From assembly GCA_018652625.1 (NCBI GenBank), contig JABIBT010000018.1, positions 4,566 to 68,565 of the forward strand: DNA of 64,000 bases. The letters are read 5' to 3'. Made by a program: the position numbers and the translations under genes. The DNA is from Candidatus Woesearchaeota archaeon (GTDB lineage: Archaea; Nanobdellota; Nanobdellia; SCGC-AAA011-G17; PNOQ01). Shown one piece after another: positions 8,767 through 19,182 of this stretch (positions are counted from its first letter, which is position 1; each line of letters opens with the position of its first letter). The notes beneath the pieces are model-generated. The model saw only the letters and a list, made by a program, of their open reading frames with translations, was not told where the DNA came from and ran no database searches.

Positions 8767-11700
8767 GTGGGTTATTTGCATAAAAAGAGGATAAAAGATA
8801 GAAGCTATTACTATACTACAATCCGTGAGAAGACCGGTAAAACCAAAACTATCTATTTGGGGGTCAATAGAAGAAAGGCAGTAGAAAAAGAAAAATCTCT
8901 TGGGATAACCCACAAAAAGTCTTCACACTTTATAAGTGTATTTTTAGTTATTTTTGCAATTCTCTCACTAGGATTAATAGGTTTCTCTTTTACTGGTTTT
9001 GTTGTTGAAGACGTAACAATTTCAGATATAACAGAAGTAGATAGCCCCAAAGAATTAGACCTAGAATTTGAAGAAGTAGTAGAAGAAGAAACAGAAGAAA
9101 TAATTTTGGAGGAAGAAGTTGAAACCAATGAAACGGAGATTGTTGAAGAAAAACCAGAAATAACAGAAGAAATAAACGAAACAATAGAACCTGAGATAAA
9201 TCAAACTGAAGTAAACCAAACCGAAGAAATAAACGAAACAGAAATAGTTGAAGAAAAACCAGAAATAACAGAAGAAATAAATGAAACAATAGAAATTAAC
9301 GAAACAATAGCAATAAACCAAACAGAAATAATTCTAAATACAACTAATCAAACAGTAATTAACCAAACCCTAGAACAGAATAAAAATATAACAGAACTAT
9401 ATTATGAAGTAATAGTAAACCAACAAGTAAAATGGGAAAAAGCAGTTGAACTTGAAAAAGAAGCTACCTCCTTAGAAGTAAAAATACCAAAAAAAGCAAA
9501 TAATATCACAATAACAAAAATAAGTGAACAAAAGAAAGAAACAAAAGAACCATATGTTGAAGCAAAAGAAACTAACATAATAACTGGAAATTTTTTCAGA
9601 AATTTAATAACGGGATTTGCAATATTTGAGGAAAAATCAGACGAACAAACCATAAAGATCAAAGGGCCACTAAAGGGAGCAATAGTGGAATATTATATGC
9701 CAGGTCCAAAAACAGAAGAAAAACAAATCTCGCAATGGAAAAAACAAATTATTGTATCAAGTGAAGAACACTATGAAAATATTTTAACATATACAAATAT
9801 ATCTAATTTTCCAGAAGAAGCAATTAACCTATATCATTTAACAGAAAAAGGGAGAGTGAAAACAGAATTTATATCAAATGACAAAGACGAAGATGGGTTA
9901 ATAGATTACATAGAATGGATAACCCCCCATCTAAGTAATGAAACATACGAAATAGAAATAACAATTTTAAATGTACAATCCTACCCTTCAGTTGGTGGAA
10001 ACTGGACTGTTTATTTTAACACAACTGGACAATCCGATTTAACAATAACTGGAATAAATGATACATATTTCGGGATAGATTTAGAACTTATAGAAATAAA
10101 ATGTGGGGACAAACAACTTCCCTACGAAGTAGGAGAAAATTCAATAACAGTAAAAAACTATACTTGTGAAAACACGGGTTCAGAAACAAGTAAAGTATTA
10201 ACTCCCGGAAAACATCACTTGGAATTCAATTTCGGAGGACAAATAGCGCATGCACATAATTTAGCAACAATCTCAACTTGTCAAACTCTAAGCGTAGCAA
10301 ACGAATATTACATATTGGATTCAGATATTCCAAATGATGATGGAACATGTTTTACAATAGGTGCAACAAATATAACTTTAGACTGTGAAGGTCATACAAT
10401 AGATGGAGACGGAGACGCTTCTGGATACGGAGTAATAATAAACAATGCAAACTACGATAATTTAACAATAACAAACTGTACAATTCAACAGTTTGCAAGA
10501 AATGTGTATGTTGGAGCAAGTTCAGATGATATTAGATTAGTTAACTCAAATTTCTTGGAAGGATATTATGATGGAGTTTTAACTTATTCTGTTCAAAATA
10601 TGTTTATAGAAAACAATACCTTTTCAGGATTGAATGAGTATGGTGCTTACTTCTGGCACTCTAGCTCAACATATGGAAATAATTGGACTATAAATAATAA
10701 TACTTTTACTGGAGGAACCACGTCCTCGGATTATGGCGTACAAATTGGATATCTAGATAACTCCACAATAACTAACAATTCATTCATTGGAGGGACAGGA
10801 TCAACATATGGGTATGGCGGAGCATATCAATATGGACACAATGTTATTATAAAAAACAATACCTTCGAAGGGAATTCCGTAGACAGAGATAGAGGATTAT
10901 ATTTACAATATGCAGATAATTTTACAATAACAAATAACACATTTTCTTCTAGCATAAATGATTACGCGTCCTTAGAAATGTATAGTACAACTAATTCAAG
11001 AGTCTTTAATAATTCAATGACCTCTCCTGCATCTTACGGACTAACTATTAGCTATTATTCATCAAATAATCAAATTGAGAATAATAATGTAACCTCTAGA
11101 AATGGAGTATATTTTGCAACATATTCTACAGACAATAATCTAACAAGCAATAGTATAATTTCTTCAACACTTTATGGGGTCTATATGAATAGTTATAATA
11201 CTGGAAACAGAATTGTAAACAATAACATTGTAGGTCAAACTTATACAGTATATGCAACAGCCTATTCTAACAATAATGATTATATTAATAATACGATGGT
11301 GTCGAATGCAAATTATGTCGTATATATGAATGACCATGCAGGAAATAATTTATTTTATAATAACGATATGACAAGCTCAGGTACATATGCTATCAGAGCA
11401 TATCTCGCTTCTGGAGGAAATAATTTTACTAAAAATAACATGACCTCTCCAAATAATGCTTTAAGATTAGAAAGCGATTGTAATGATAATATAGTGGATT
11501 CAAACATTATAAATTCAACAGCAAATATAGGAATTTACATAGTTACTGGATCAAGTGAAAATAACTTAATAAAAAACAATATAGTTTATGGTGGAACAAC
11601 AGCATTTCAGGATTCATCGGTAAATACAAACCTTAGATTAGTAAATAATTCTTTTTTTGCTACAAACGGGTGGGGAGCAGTTATAGTTGCAGGCACAAAT

Positions 11701-14700
11701 GTATCAATAATAAATAATACAATTATATCTGGAACCTCAAATGACAATGGATTGGGACTGAGTGATGTTTCTGTGGGAACTATTGAAAATAATATCATAA
11801 ATGCAACTGCTCACGGGCTATATATTTACACGGGAACAGATAATGTCAATATAACAAACAATAACATTTCTGCAGATCTAGGTAGTGGAAATAATTATTA
11901 TGGTGCCTATTTTACTCAGGAGAGTGTAAATAATAGACTAGAAAACAACACTATAAGCAGTCTTGCTGAAGACGGAATATATATTGATGATTCTCCAAAT
12001 AATATATTTATAGGAAATACTATTACTGCTGGATCTAACGCAGGTTGGACAACAGACGCAGGAATATACTTAACCTACTCAAGTAATAACAATTTCACAG
12101 AAAATATAATAAACAACACAGGGGGACCGGGAGTTTATTCTGCGTATAGTCACAATAATAGTTTTCACGGAAATAAATTCGATTCAAATTATGTTGGAAT
12201 GTACCTTGCATATGGGTCCATGGGGGAAACAGACTTTGCAAGTAACACAATATTAAGTACGTCTCAAGCATACGATTATAGGATATTAGGTAATCTAGCA
12301 GCAAATTCAAATATTTCTTTTTTGAATTGTAGTCTTGATGTAGATGCAGTTTACATGACTGATGATTATAGCTATGTATCTCAATTATGGTATGCAACTA
12401 TCAATGTTTCAAATACAAATGGACAAGTAGAAAATGCAACAGTTTTGGTATATGATGTAAATAGTACACTAGTTTCTACAAAAACAACAAACAGTAAAGG
12501 AATAACAGACAAAGTGCCCTTAAAAGAATTTACATCCGATAGACTAAGCAATTATAATTTAGACAAAACATATTACAATAACCATAGTTTCCAAGCTTCT
12601 GAAGTAGACCATTTTTCAGGATCTAATACTTCAAATATGACGACTAGTAAAATGGTTTATGTCAGATTAGAAGACTGGCCTTTAGTTACAATTCTAACAA
12701 ATTATCCAGAAGTTAAAAGTTATCAAGGGAATAGCCTTTTACAAATAAGAGTAAACGAAACAAGACGTTCTGATTTAATTAATAATACCAATGTATCAAT
12801 AACCTTTGCAAATGGGACTACATTAACTTTTGCAATGGTAAATGGAACGAACGGAGATCCAAATCTATGGGAATATAATTACACAATAAATCTTTCAGAT
12901 GTTGGTGGAACATTCAATATTACTGCAAAAGCCTATAATTCTACAGGATACAATTATATCAATGATACCGACACTGGATTTTATATAGAGCCAAACATAG
13001 TGTGGTTCAAAACTTATAATTTAAGTGATAAAGCTAAATCTTTCTTTGCAGAAAACGAACCATCTAAATTAAAAACTTTAGTACATAATGCTTACGAAAA
13101 TTATCCTCAAGTAGAGGTTAGAGATGCGGAGGGAAGCGTGGTATTAAATAAAACCCCTATGACAAGTGAAGAAGGAACAATATTTAATATTAGCTACATA
13201 ACTAACGGTTCATTAGGTTTTTATAATGTAACAATATATTCTAATGGAACAGACACAGAACAGTTTGAGTATTCATTCTACCGAGGAACAAACTGGCAAA
13301 ATAACTTTACAAATAATGATAGTTCCATTTATGCCTTTTCAAAAGAAATAAATATATCTGAACCAAATATCGGAGAAAGATTCTTTTATCCAGTAGATGC
13401 CAATATAAATTTCACAGAAACAGTAAATTTAGATTCGATAAGAGTTACATTATATAATGGAACAACATATACAGAAATTCCTTCACAAATTTATAATTAT
13501 ACTGCAATAAACAATACGGCAGAAACAGCAAATGTTGTTTGGTTAGCTTCATTAAGTAAGGGAGAGAATAGAACATATCATATTCATTATAATGATGTTA
13601 CTTTAGGAAATGCAACCTACAACACAGACTTAACTACGTATACAACAACAAGTAATTATAGATTTTTTAATACAAGTTATTATAGTATAAGGACCGATTC
13701 CGACGAGGGAGGAGTTATTGATGCTGCCTGGACAAAACAAGGAAATACAGATAATATAGCTGGACAAGACCCTATGCAAAGCTCCCCTTCTATACTTACA
13801 ATAACTTTAGATTCTTATTCCGCACACAAAGATCAAAGTCCAACAATAAGCTTAGAACATTCTGGTCCAGTTTTCAATAAATATACAATTTCTGGATATT
13901 TAAGCTCTTCTGACGGAACTCAAAACACAAATTTACCATTTAACCAAACTTACTGGACCTATGCAAAAAATAATTATTTGATTTATGAAACCAACTTGAA
14001 TTTCTTATCCGCATATAATCTTGAAAACCTAATAAGCCAGTTTGTATCGTACGGGGAAGGATATTTCAATAAATTTTCATGGGGACTTTCCAACGGATCA
14101 TATTATAATTATTCCTTAACTACAGGAAATGGGCCAGATTATACAAATTTAAATATAAGTATGATTTGGTTAGGGGTTTATAATTCAGAGAACAAAACAT
14201 CAATGGCAGATATTTTCTTGAATAGAACAAGTACTACTGAAGAAACCCCGGAAGGATACTTTTATGATCAGGCCTCATTTGAGTTTTACAAAAGATACTT
14301 AATTTCAAGCCCAACAGCAGTAACAAACGGAAGTAATTATACCTCAAAAATAGCAAGAATATTCTGGGATGGGGAAGACAAGTATGAAACCTTGAATGAT
14401 ACCTATTATATCTTACAAAATGATATAACTTATACCACTGGAGGAATAAAATATGGAGATACAACAAAATCATATTTCACACAATATAACCATTCACCTA
14501 CGCTTCCAAATGATAACGAGAGTATTAATTGTTTCTCATACTGGATGGACGAACTGAGATTAAAGGAAGGGTATGTAGAAACAAATGCAACAGGTACAGC
14601 AATCAACCACACCGTGTCAATAACTGGAAATGAAAGTTGGGTTAATTACACAATCCCTGCAGCAGATTTAACACTAAACAGAACATACTGTAAGTTTTTT

Positions 14701-17070
14701 GCTAAAGATATTGGAAATAACATAAATTCAACACCAAGAATATTTTTTAATGTTACAGATGTTTCTCCACCAATAATAGAAAACATAACAAATACTCCAA
14801 ATAGCTCAGATGCTTTGGACCCAGGAGTAATAATAAATGTTACAGCAGACGTTAAAGATAAAATAAATATAGATACTATAGTTTTACAATATCAATATAA
14901 TCATTCTGGAGTGTGGAATGAAACAAATATGGCCATTGTTACAAACAATAGTTACATAGCAAACTTTAGTGCAGCAAATATAGGAAATTATTCTTATAGG
15001 ATTAATGCAACCGATAAAGTAGGAAATAGTAATCTTAGTAGCACAACAAGTGTTACTGTGGACTATGATTTATCCTGGCAAATTTCTCCAGCTTCTTTTG
15101 AAGCAGTTTCAGGACTTATAGGATCTACACTAAATGTATTTAATATTACCGTAAATAATACAGCAGATTTTGAAGCAGATTTCAGTTTCACTTCTACAAG
15201 AGATGGATGGATTTATTATAATAATTCATTAGAAACATACACAATCACACTGGGCCCAAAAAATAGCACAACTTTAGAAATTAATGCAAGTTTACCAGTT
15301 GATATTGGAGAATACCCTTTAACAGTCACAGTTACCCATGGAAACTCAACTGCTGATCCTGCGACGAGAACTGTTTCTGGAGATGTGGTGGCATATCAAG
15401 CAGGACCATATGTATGGACAAGTTTTTCAACTTATAGCGTTTCAGTACTATCTGGAGATTCGAATGTTAACTATACTGTAAGAATTAAGAATTTAGGTAA
15501 TGAAACCGCGGAAAATATAACAAATACCATAACTTTACCGGAGGGGTGGACAACAAGTGAGAACCTAGTTTCAACATTTAGTAGTATAATTGCAAATGCA
15601 TATGAGTATCATAGTATTTTAGTAAATATTCCTTCTAGCGCAGAATCTGAGATTGTAACAATGATAACTACTCCGTTAGCAAATAATACAAATCAATCTC
15701 ACGAAGAAGAATTAGAAATAACAGTTGTAGATCCAACCGTAGCTTCATCTGGATCCGGTGATGGAGGGGGCGGAGGAGGAGGCGGCAGCGGAGGCGGCAG
15801 CGGAGGAGTTCCATTCAACCAAGAAGAGTCTGAAAGATTTTTTAGATCAGAACAAATATTTGAGTTAGTCAGAGGAGAAAATCAAGAATTTATAATTGAG
15901 ATAGAAAATCCATATGAGACGGATGTAATGAAAAATCTAAAACTTAAATTAATGGGATTTGATGAAAACTACTTACATTTCTCTCCAAAAATAATTAGGG
16001 AATTAAATCCTGGAGAAAAAGAAAATATTAGTATAAGGATAACTGCCCCAGCATATTTTGTAAAAGGAGAATATCAACTAGAGTTCAAAATTAATGGAGA
16101 TTTAATAAAAAACACTACAAAAACAATCCCAATAATTTATACTAAACATATTACACTGTATGTTTTTGAGGTTTCAAGATTGGACGCCATTGATTATAGA
16201 AACAACGCAGAAGAACACATTGATGAAATGACTTCAAATGAGTTTAAAACAGAAGAGGCAGAAGGATTATTTCGAGAACTTGGAACAGCATACAACGAAA
16301 CAGAATTCAAACAAGTTGAAGAGCTATATGAACAAATCTATGATCTTTATGTAACTTCAAATGAAGCAAATAAAGGAATAATAGAATTAGAAAATAAGGT
16401 AGAAGAAGCAGAAAATAAAAAAATACTTATAGAAAAAACAAAAAGATTGCTTCACCTAGCAAAATCTTCTTTTGAAAGAGGGGAGTACAAAAGTGCTATA
16501 GACAGGGTAAAGGAAGCAAAGCTAACTCTTGCCTTGGAATATGGTGGAAAATATGTAAAAGAAGCCATTTACTCGATGAAAGAGAATCCAAAAGAAACAA
16601 CAATAGGATTTTCATCTTTCGCATTTTTTGTTATTGGGACTTCAGTCTTCTCGAGATATAGATACTTAAAGAGAAAACTAAAAAAATTGTTGGGAGAAGA
16701 AAATCTTTTAATGGAATTAATGAAAGCAATACAAATAGAAGTATTCGAAAGATCAAAAATGTCTATGAAAGAATATGGCGATGCCATGATGCAGTATGAA
16801 GAAAGATTGAATAAAGTTCTAGAAGATACATTAAAGTTTGAAAATAAGAAAAAGAACTTGATGAAATTTAAATCAAAAGGGAAAAAATTTAGGGAAGAAA
16901 GAGAAAAATTACTTGGACTCATAAAGGAAACTCAAAAAGCATATATCTCGGAAGGAAAATTTGAAACTAGAATTTATGAAAATAAACTAAAGTCTTATTC
17001 AACAAGATTGGCAGATATTGAAGAACAGTTGGCCACAGCAGAAGTTAAAAAAGCATTTAAGAAAAAATAA
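8767..17070 (+). CDS. giant (2767 aa) surface protein with an N-terminal signal-anchor TM, acidic tandem repeats, N-glycosylation-sequon-rich parallel beta-helix repeats, a poly-Gly linker, a C-terminal TM and a cytoplasmic coiled-coil tail
   Basis: Uninterrupted 8.3-kb ORF with a GTG/TTG-type start. TM segments are at aa ~55-78 and at 'IGFSSFAFFVIGTSVF' near aa 2610. 'xNNTF/I..G' repeats recur at ~22-25 aa periodicity, as in right-handed beta-helices. N-x-S/T sequons are very numerous. The C-terminal 150 aa are K/E-rich with a heptad-like pattern. Confidence 0.7.
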   Translation: MGYLHKKRIKDRSYYYTTIREKTGKTKTIYLGVNRRKAVEKEKSLGITHKKSSHFISVFLVIFAILSLGLIGFSFTGFVVEDVTISDITEVDSPKELDLEFEEVVEEETEEIILEEEVETNETEIVEEKPEITEEINETIEPEINQTEVNQTEEINETEIVEEKPEITEEINETIEINETIAINQTEIILNTTNQTVINQTLEQNKNITELYYEVIVNQQVKWEKAVELEKEATSLEVKIPKKANNITITKISEQKKETKEPYVEAKETNIITGNFFRNLITGFAIFEEKSDEQTIKIKGPLKGAIVEYYMPGPKTEEKQISQWKKQIIVSSEEHYENILTYTNISNFPEEAINLYHLTEKGRVKTEFISNDKDEDGLIDYIEWITPHLSNETYEIEITILNVQSYPSVGGNWTVYFNTTGQSDLTITGINDTYFGIDLELIEIKCGDKQLPYEVGENSITVKNYTCENTGSETSKVLTPGKHHLEFNFGGQIAHAHNLATISTCQTLSVANEYYILDSDIPNDDGTCFTIGATNITLDCEGHTIDGDGDASGYGVIINNANYDNLTITNCTIQQFARNVYVGASSDDIRLVNSNFLEGYYDGVLTYSVQNMFIENNTFSGLNEYGAYFWHSSSTYGNNWTINNNTFTGGTTSSDYGVQIGYLDNSTITNNSFIGGTGSTYGYGGAYQYGHNVIIKNNTFEGNSVDRDRGLYLQYADNFTITNNTFSSSINDYASLEMYSTTNSRVFNNSMTSPASYGLTISYYSSNNQIENNNVTSRNGVYFATYSTDNNLTSNSIISSTLYGVYMNSYNTGNRIVNNNIVGQTYTVYATAYSNNNDYINNTMVSNANYVVYMNDHAGNNLFYNNDMTSSGTYAIRAYLASGGNNFTKNNMTSPNNALRLESDCNDNIVDSNIINSTANIGIYIVTGSSENNLIKNNIVYGGTTAFQDSSVNTNLRLVNNSFFATNGWGAVIVAGTNVSIINNTIISGTSNDNGLGLSDVSVGTIENNIINATAHGLYIYTGTDNVNITNNNISADLGSGNNYYGAYFTQESVNNRLENNTISSLAEDGIYIDDSPNNIFIGNTITAGSNAGWTTDAGIYLTYSSNNNFTENIINNTGGPGVYSAYSHNNSFHGNKFDSNYVGMYLAYGSMGETDFASNTILSTSQAYDYRILGNLAANSNISFLNCSLDVDAVYMTDDYSYVSQLWYATINVSNTNGQVENATVLVYDVNSTLVSTKTTNSKGITDKVPLKEFTSDRLSNYNLDKTYYNNHSFQASEVDHFSGSNTSNMTTSKMVYVRLEDWPLVTILTNYPEVKSYQGNSLLQIRVNETRRSDLINNTNVSITFANGTTLTFAMVNGTNGDPNLWEYNYTINLSDVGGTFNITAKAYNSTGYNYINDTDTGFYIEPNIVWFKTYNLSDKAKSFFAENEPSKLKTLVHNAYENYPQVEVRDAEGSVVLNKTPMTSEEGTIFNISYITNGSLGFYNVTIYSNGTDTEQFEYSFYRGTNWQNNFTNNDSSIYAFSKEINISEPNIGERFFYPVDANINFTETVNLDSIRVTLYNGTTYTEIPSQIYNYTAINNTAETANVVWLASLSKGENRTYHIHYNDVTLGNATYNTDLTTYTTTSNYRFFNTSYYSIRTDSDEGGVIDAAWTKQGNTDNIAGQDPMQSSPSILTITLDSYSAHKDQSPTISLEHSGPVFNKYTISGYLSSSDGTQNTNLPFNQTYWTYAKNNYLIYETNLNFLSAYNLENLISQFVSYGEGYFNKFSWGLSNGSYYNYSLTTGNGPDYTNLNISMIWLGVYNSENKTSMADIFLNRTSTTEETPEGYFYDQASFEFYKRYLISSPTAVTNGSNYTSKIARIFWDGEDKYETLNDTYYILQNDITYTTGGIKYGDTTKSYFTQYNHSPTLPNDNESINCFSYWMDELRLKEGYVETNATGTAINHTVSITGNESWVNYTIPAADLTLNRTYCKFFAKDIGNNINSTPRIFFNVTDVSPPIIENITNTPNSSDALDPGVIINVTADVKDKINIDTIVLQYQYNHSGVWNETNMAIVTNNSYIANFSAANIGNYSYRINATDKVGNSNLSSTTSVTVDYDLSWQISPASFEAVSGLIGSTLNVFNITVNNTADFEADFSFTSTRDGWIYYNNSLETYTITLGPKNSTTLEINASLPVDIGEYPLTVTVTHGNSTADPATRTVSGDVVAYQAGPYVWTSFSTYSVSVLSGDSNVNYTVRIKNLGNETAENITNTITLPEGWTTSENLVSTFSSIIANAYEYHSILVNIPSSAESEIVTMITTPLANNTNQSHEEELEITVVDPTVASSGSGDGGGGGGGGSGGGSGGVPFNQEESERFFRSEQIFELVRGENQEFIIEIENPYETDVMKNLKLKLMGFDENYLHFSPKIIRELNPGEKENISIRITAPAYFVKGEYQLEFKINGDLIKNTTKTIPIIYTKHITLYVFEVSRLDAIDYRNNAEEHIDEMTSNEFKTEEAEGLFRELGTAYNETEFKQVEELYEQIYDLYVTSNEANKGIIELENKVEEAENKKILIEKTKRLLHLAKSSFERGEYKSAIDRVKEAKLTLALEYGGKYVKEAIYSMKENPKETTIGFSSFAFFVIGTSVFSRYRYLKRKLKKLLGEENLLMELMKAIQIEVFERSKMSMKEYGDAMMQYEERLNKVLEDTLKFENKKKNLMKFKSKGKKFREEREKLLGLIKETQKAYISEGKFETRIYENKLKSYSTRLADIEEQLATAEVKKAFKKK
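9133..9294 (+). repeat. in-frame tandem repeat (two ~57-nt near-identical units ~105 nt apart) encoding 'ETEIVEEKPEITEEINETIE'
   Basis: Near-identical sequence at 9133-9189 and 9238-9294 ('a-c-r-g-a-r-a-t-w-gttgaagaaaaaccagaaataacagaagaaataaa-y-gaaacaatagaa'). Confidence 0.7.
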
Positions 17071-17099
17071 TCATAATAGCAAAACTTAAAAAAGCAAAA

Positions 17100-18173
17100 A
17101 TGAAAAAGGTATATATGAATAAAAAAGGATTTCTCGGATTGCCCTTTGGATCGGGTAAGAAAAAGGAAGAAAAGAAAGTTGAGAATAAAGAGAATTCTGA
17201 AAAATCGGATATAGAAATTGAAAAGAAAACAGCAAAACCAAAAGAATCCGAAGAAACTATAAAAGATTACAAGGCAGGATTGGGGGAAGATCCCACGATA
17301 GAAACACTCACTGAAGAGATGAAGATTGCAAAAAGAATAGCTAAAGAATATACAGAAGAAGAAGGAGTATCAAAAAAACAAGAGGAATCAGATGAATCAT
17401 CTTCAAAAGAAGTACCAACCTATAAAACAGGTATAGCTGGATTTGATGTTTTATTGGGCGGGGGAGGAATTCCGTGCTCTACAAGTGTATTGGTGGAAGG
17501 GGGCCCGGGGTCTGGAAAGACTATTTTTTGCTTACATGTGGCACAGTCTTTTTGTGAAAAGGGAAAAAAAGTGCTATATATGAGTTTTGAGGAACCAGAA
17601 GAAAGATTAATACAACATATGGAATCATTCGGAATGCCCGCAAAAAAATACGTAGAAAATGGAACATTAATAGTTAGGAGATTCAACGCTTTAGATATTG
17701 CAAGATCGGTAGAAGCCCTATTATCGGAAGCTAAAAAAGAACTGTTAATAGAGGTACAACCTATCTTAATTCCACAAGATATAGAACCAGATTTGGTATT
17801 AATTGACTCTCTTACATCTATTGCTTCAGCATTTTCTGGAGAAGACAATAGATTCAGAATTTATATGGAACAAATGTTTAGATATTTAGAGAATAATAAA
17901 ATGAGCTCCCTATTGATTAGAGAAGTTGCAAATCCCGGACATATAGGGGAGGGACATTCTGCATCTGATGAAGCAACAAGCTTTCTATCAGACGGGATTA
18001 TTGTTTTTTATAATGTGGTTCTCAATACGGGAAAAAGAACAAGGGCTATTGAGATATTAAAACTAAGAGGGCAACCTTTCGACAGAAGAATTGTAGAGGC
18101 AGAAATAATCAACAAAAAAGGGTTGATGGTATATCCCAAAAGAACACTAAAGGGAAAATATACACTAACTTAA
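17100..18173 (+). CDS. KaiC/RadA-like single-domain RecA-superfamily ATPase with a disordered K/E-rich N-terminus
   Basis: 'TGIAGFDVLLGGGGIPCSTSVLVEGGPGSGKT' (Walker A in a KaiC-type context), 'LVLIDSL' (Walker B region) and 'RAIEILKLRGQPFDRR', the KaiC-family signature. Confidence 0.65.
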   Translation: MKKVYMNKKGFLGLPFGSGKKKEEKKVENKENSEKSDIEIEKKTAKPKESEETIKDYKAGLGEDPTIETLTEEMKIAKRIAKEYTEEEGVSKKQEESDESSSKEVPTYKTGIAGFDVLLGGGGIPCSTSVLVEGGPGSGKTIFCLHVAQSFCEKGKKVLYMSFEEPEERLIQHMESFGMPAKKYVENGTLIVRRFNALDIARSVEALLSEAKKELLIEVQPILIPQDIEPDLVLIDSLTSIASAFSGEDNRFRIYMEQMFRYLENNKMSSLLIREVANPGHIGEGHSASDEATSFLSDGIIVFYNVVLNTGKRTRAIEILKLRGQPFDRRIVEAEIINKKGLMVYPKRTLKGKYTLT

Positions 18174-18180
18174 TTAAAAA

Positions 18181-19182
18181 ATGAAAAAAATATATTTATT
18201 TCTTATAGTTGCTCTTATTTTAGTACCATTTGTACAATCTGAAGAGGTCTCAGATATAGAAATAGAGCTACAACTTAAAATAAAAGAAGTAGAAATCATA
18301 GTTTTTGAACTTAGAGATGAAGGATTCAGTATTCAAAGAGTAAACGATACACTCGAAGCAGCAAAAGGAATTTTTGAAGTACAATCTCAAAGAAAAAGTA
18401 GGCAAAAAGATTTTACATTAGTTGACAAATACCTAGACGAAATTTTTGAATTAAAGAAGCAAGCATATGTAACAAGAGATGAGATTAATTATGTTTACGA
18501 ATTTTATAACGATACTAAAAAAAATAAACCGGATATGAACCTATCAGAAGTTGACAAAATTTTAGAAGAGATGCAATTTGAATTTGATAGTGAAAGATAT
18601 GATAGAGCATATGATTTATCAAAAAAGGCATACTCAAGAATAATTGACATAGAGGGGAGCTATACAGCAGTAAATTTAGCGTATCAAGCTACAGCAAGGA
18701 CTCTAAAAAATTTCCTTATAGATAATTGGTTATTATTACTTTCTATTTTAATTGGAGGTACATTCTTATATTTTTTATTTAGAAATAGAATAATTTTCTT
18801 TAAAACCAAACTAAGAATAAGATATTTAGAACGACAAAGAGGAGTATTAGAACAATTAATTAAGGAAACACAAAGCGGATATTTTGAAAAATCAACAATT
18901 GCAGAGTCTACATATAGGATCCGGACAAAAAAATTCTCAGATATGACTAGAGATATAAATAGACAACTACCTTTATTGAAAGAGGAATTGGCTAAAAGAA
19001 AGAAAGGAGAAAAGCCATTTGAGGAGAAAGTTAAAGATCGAAGTAAGAATAATTCAAAGAAAAAAAAGAAAAGAAAAGGGAGTTTCTCTATTTTTAAGAA
19101 GAAAAAACAAAATAAAATAATTAAGAAAAAAGTTGTCAAAAAGAAAGTTACGAAGAAAAAAGTAACAAAAAAGAAGAAATAA
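18181..19182 (+). CDS. bitopic membrane protein with a signal peptide, coiled-coil ectodomain, one TM helix and a poly-lysine cytoplasmic tail
   Basis: N-terminal 'IYLFLIVALILVPFVQS', an internal TM 'WLLLLSILIGGTFLYFLF', and a C-terminal KKK-rich tail. Separated by only 7 nt from the KaiC-like gene. Confidence 0.45.
   Translation: MKKIYLFLIVALILVPFVQSEEVSDIEIELQLKIKEVEIIVFELRDEGFSIQRVNDTLEAAKGIFEVQSQRKSRQKDFTLVDKYLDEIFELKKQAYVTRDEINYVYEFYNDTKKNKPDMNLSEVDKILEEMQFEFDSERYDRAYDLSKKAYSRIIDIEGSYTAVNLAYQATARTLKNFLIDNWLLLLSILIGGTFLYFLFRNRIIFFKTKLRIRYLERQRGVLEQLIKETQSGYFEKSTIAESTYRIRTKKFSDMTRDINRQLPLLKEELAKRKKGEKPFEEKVKDRSKNNSKKKKKRKGSFSIFKKKKQNKIIKKKVVKKKVTKKKVTKKKK

Noticed and set aside
8853-9662. 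Several 80-100-aa minus-strand ORFs (8853..9128, 8990..9289, 9061..9321, 9402..9662) inside the 5' end of the giant gene
   Set aside because: They are antisense to a strongly coding low-complexity/repeat region (E/K/T-rich). Their Leu/Phe-rich, repetitive products are reverse-frame artefacts.
17420-17848. 142-aa antisense ORF inside the KaiC-like gene
   Set aside because: It is embedded opposite a motif-rich ATPase gene, with no independent support.
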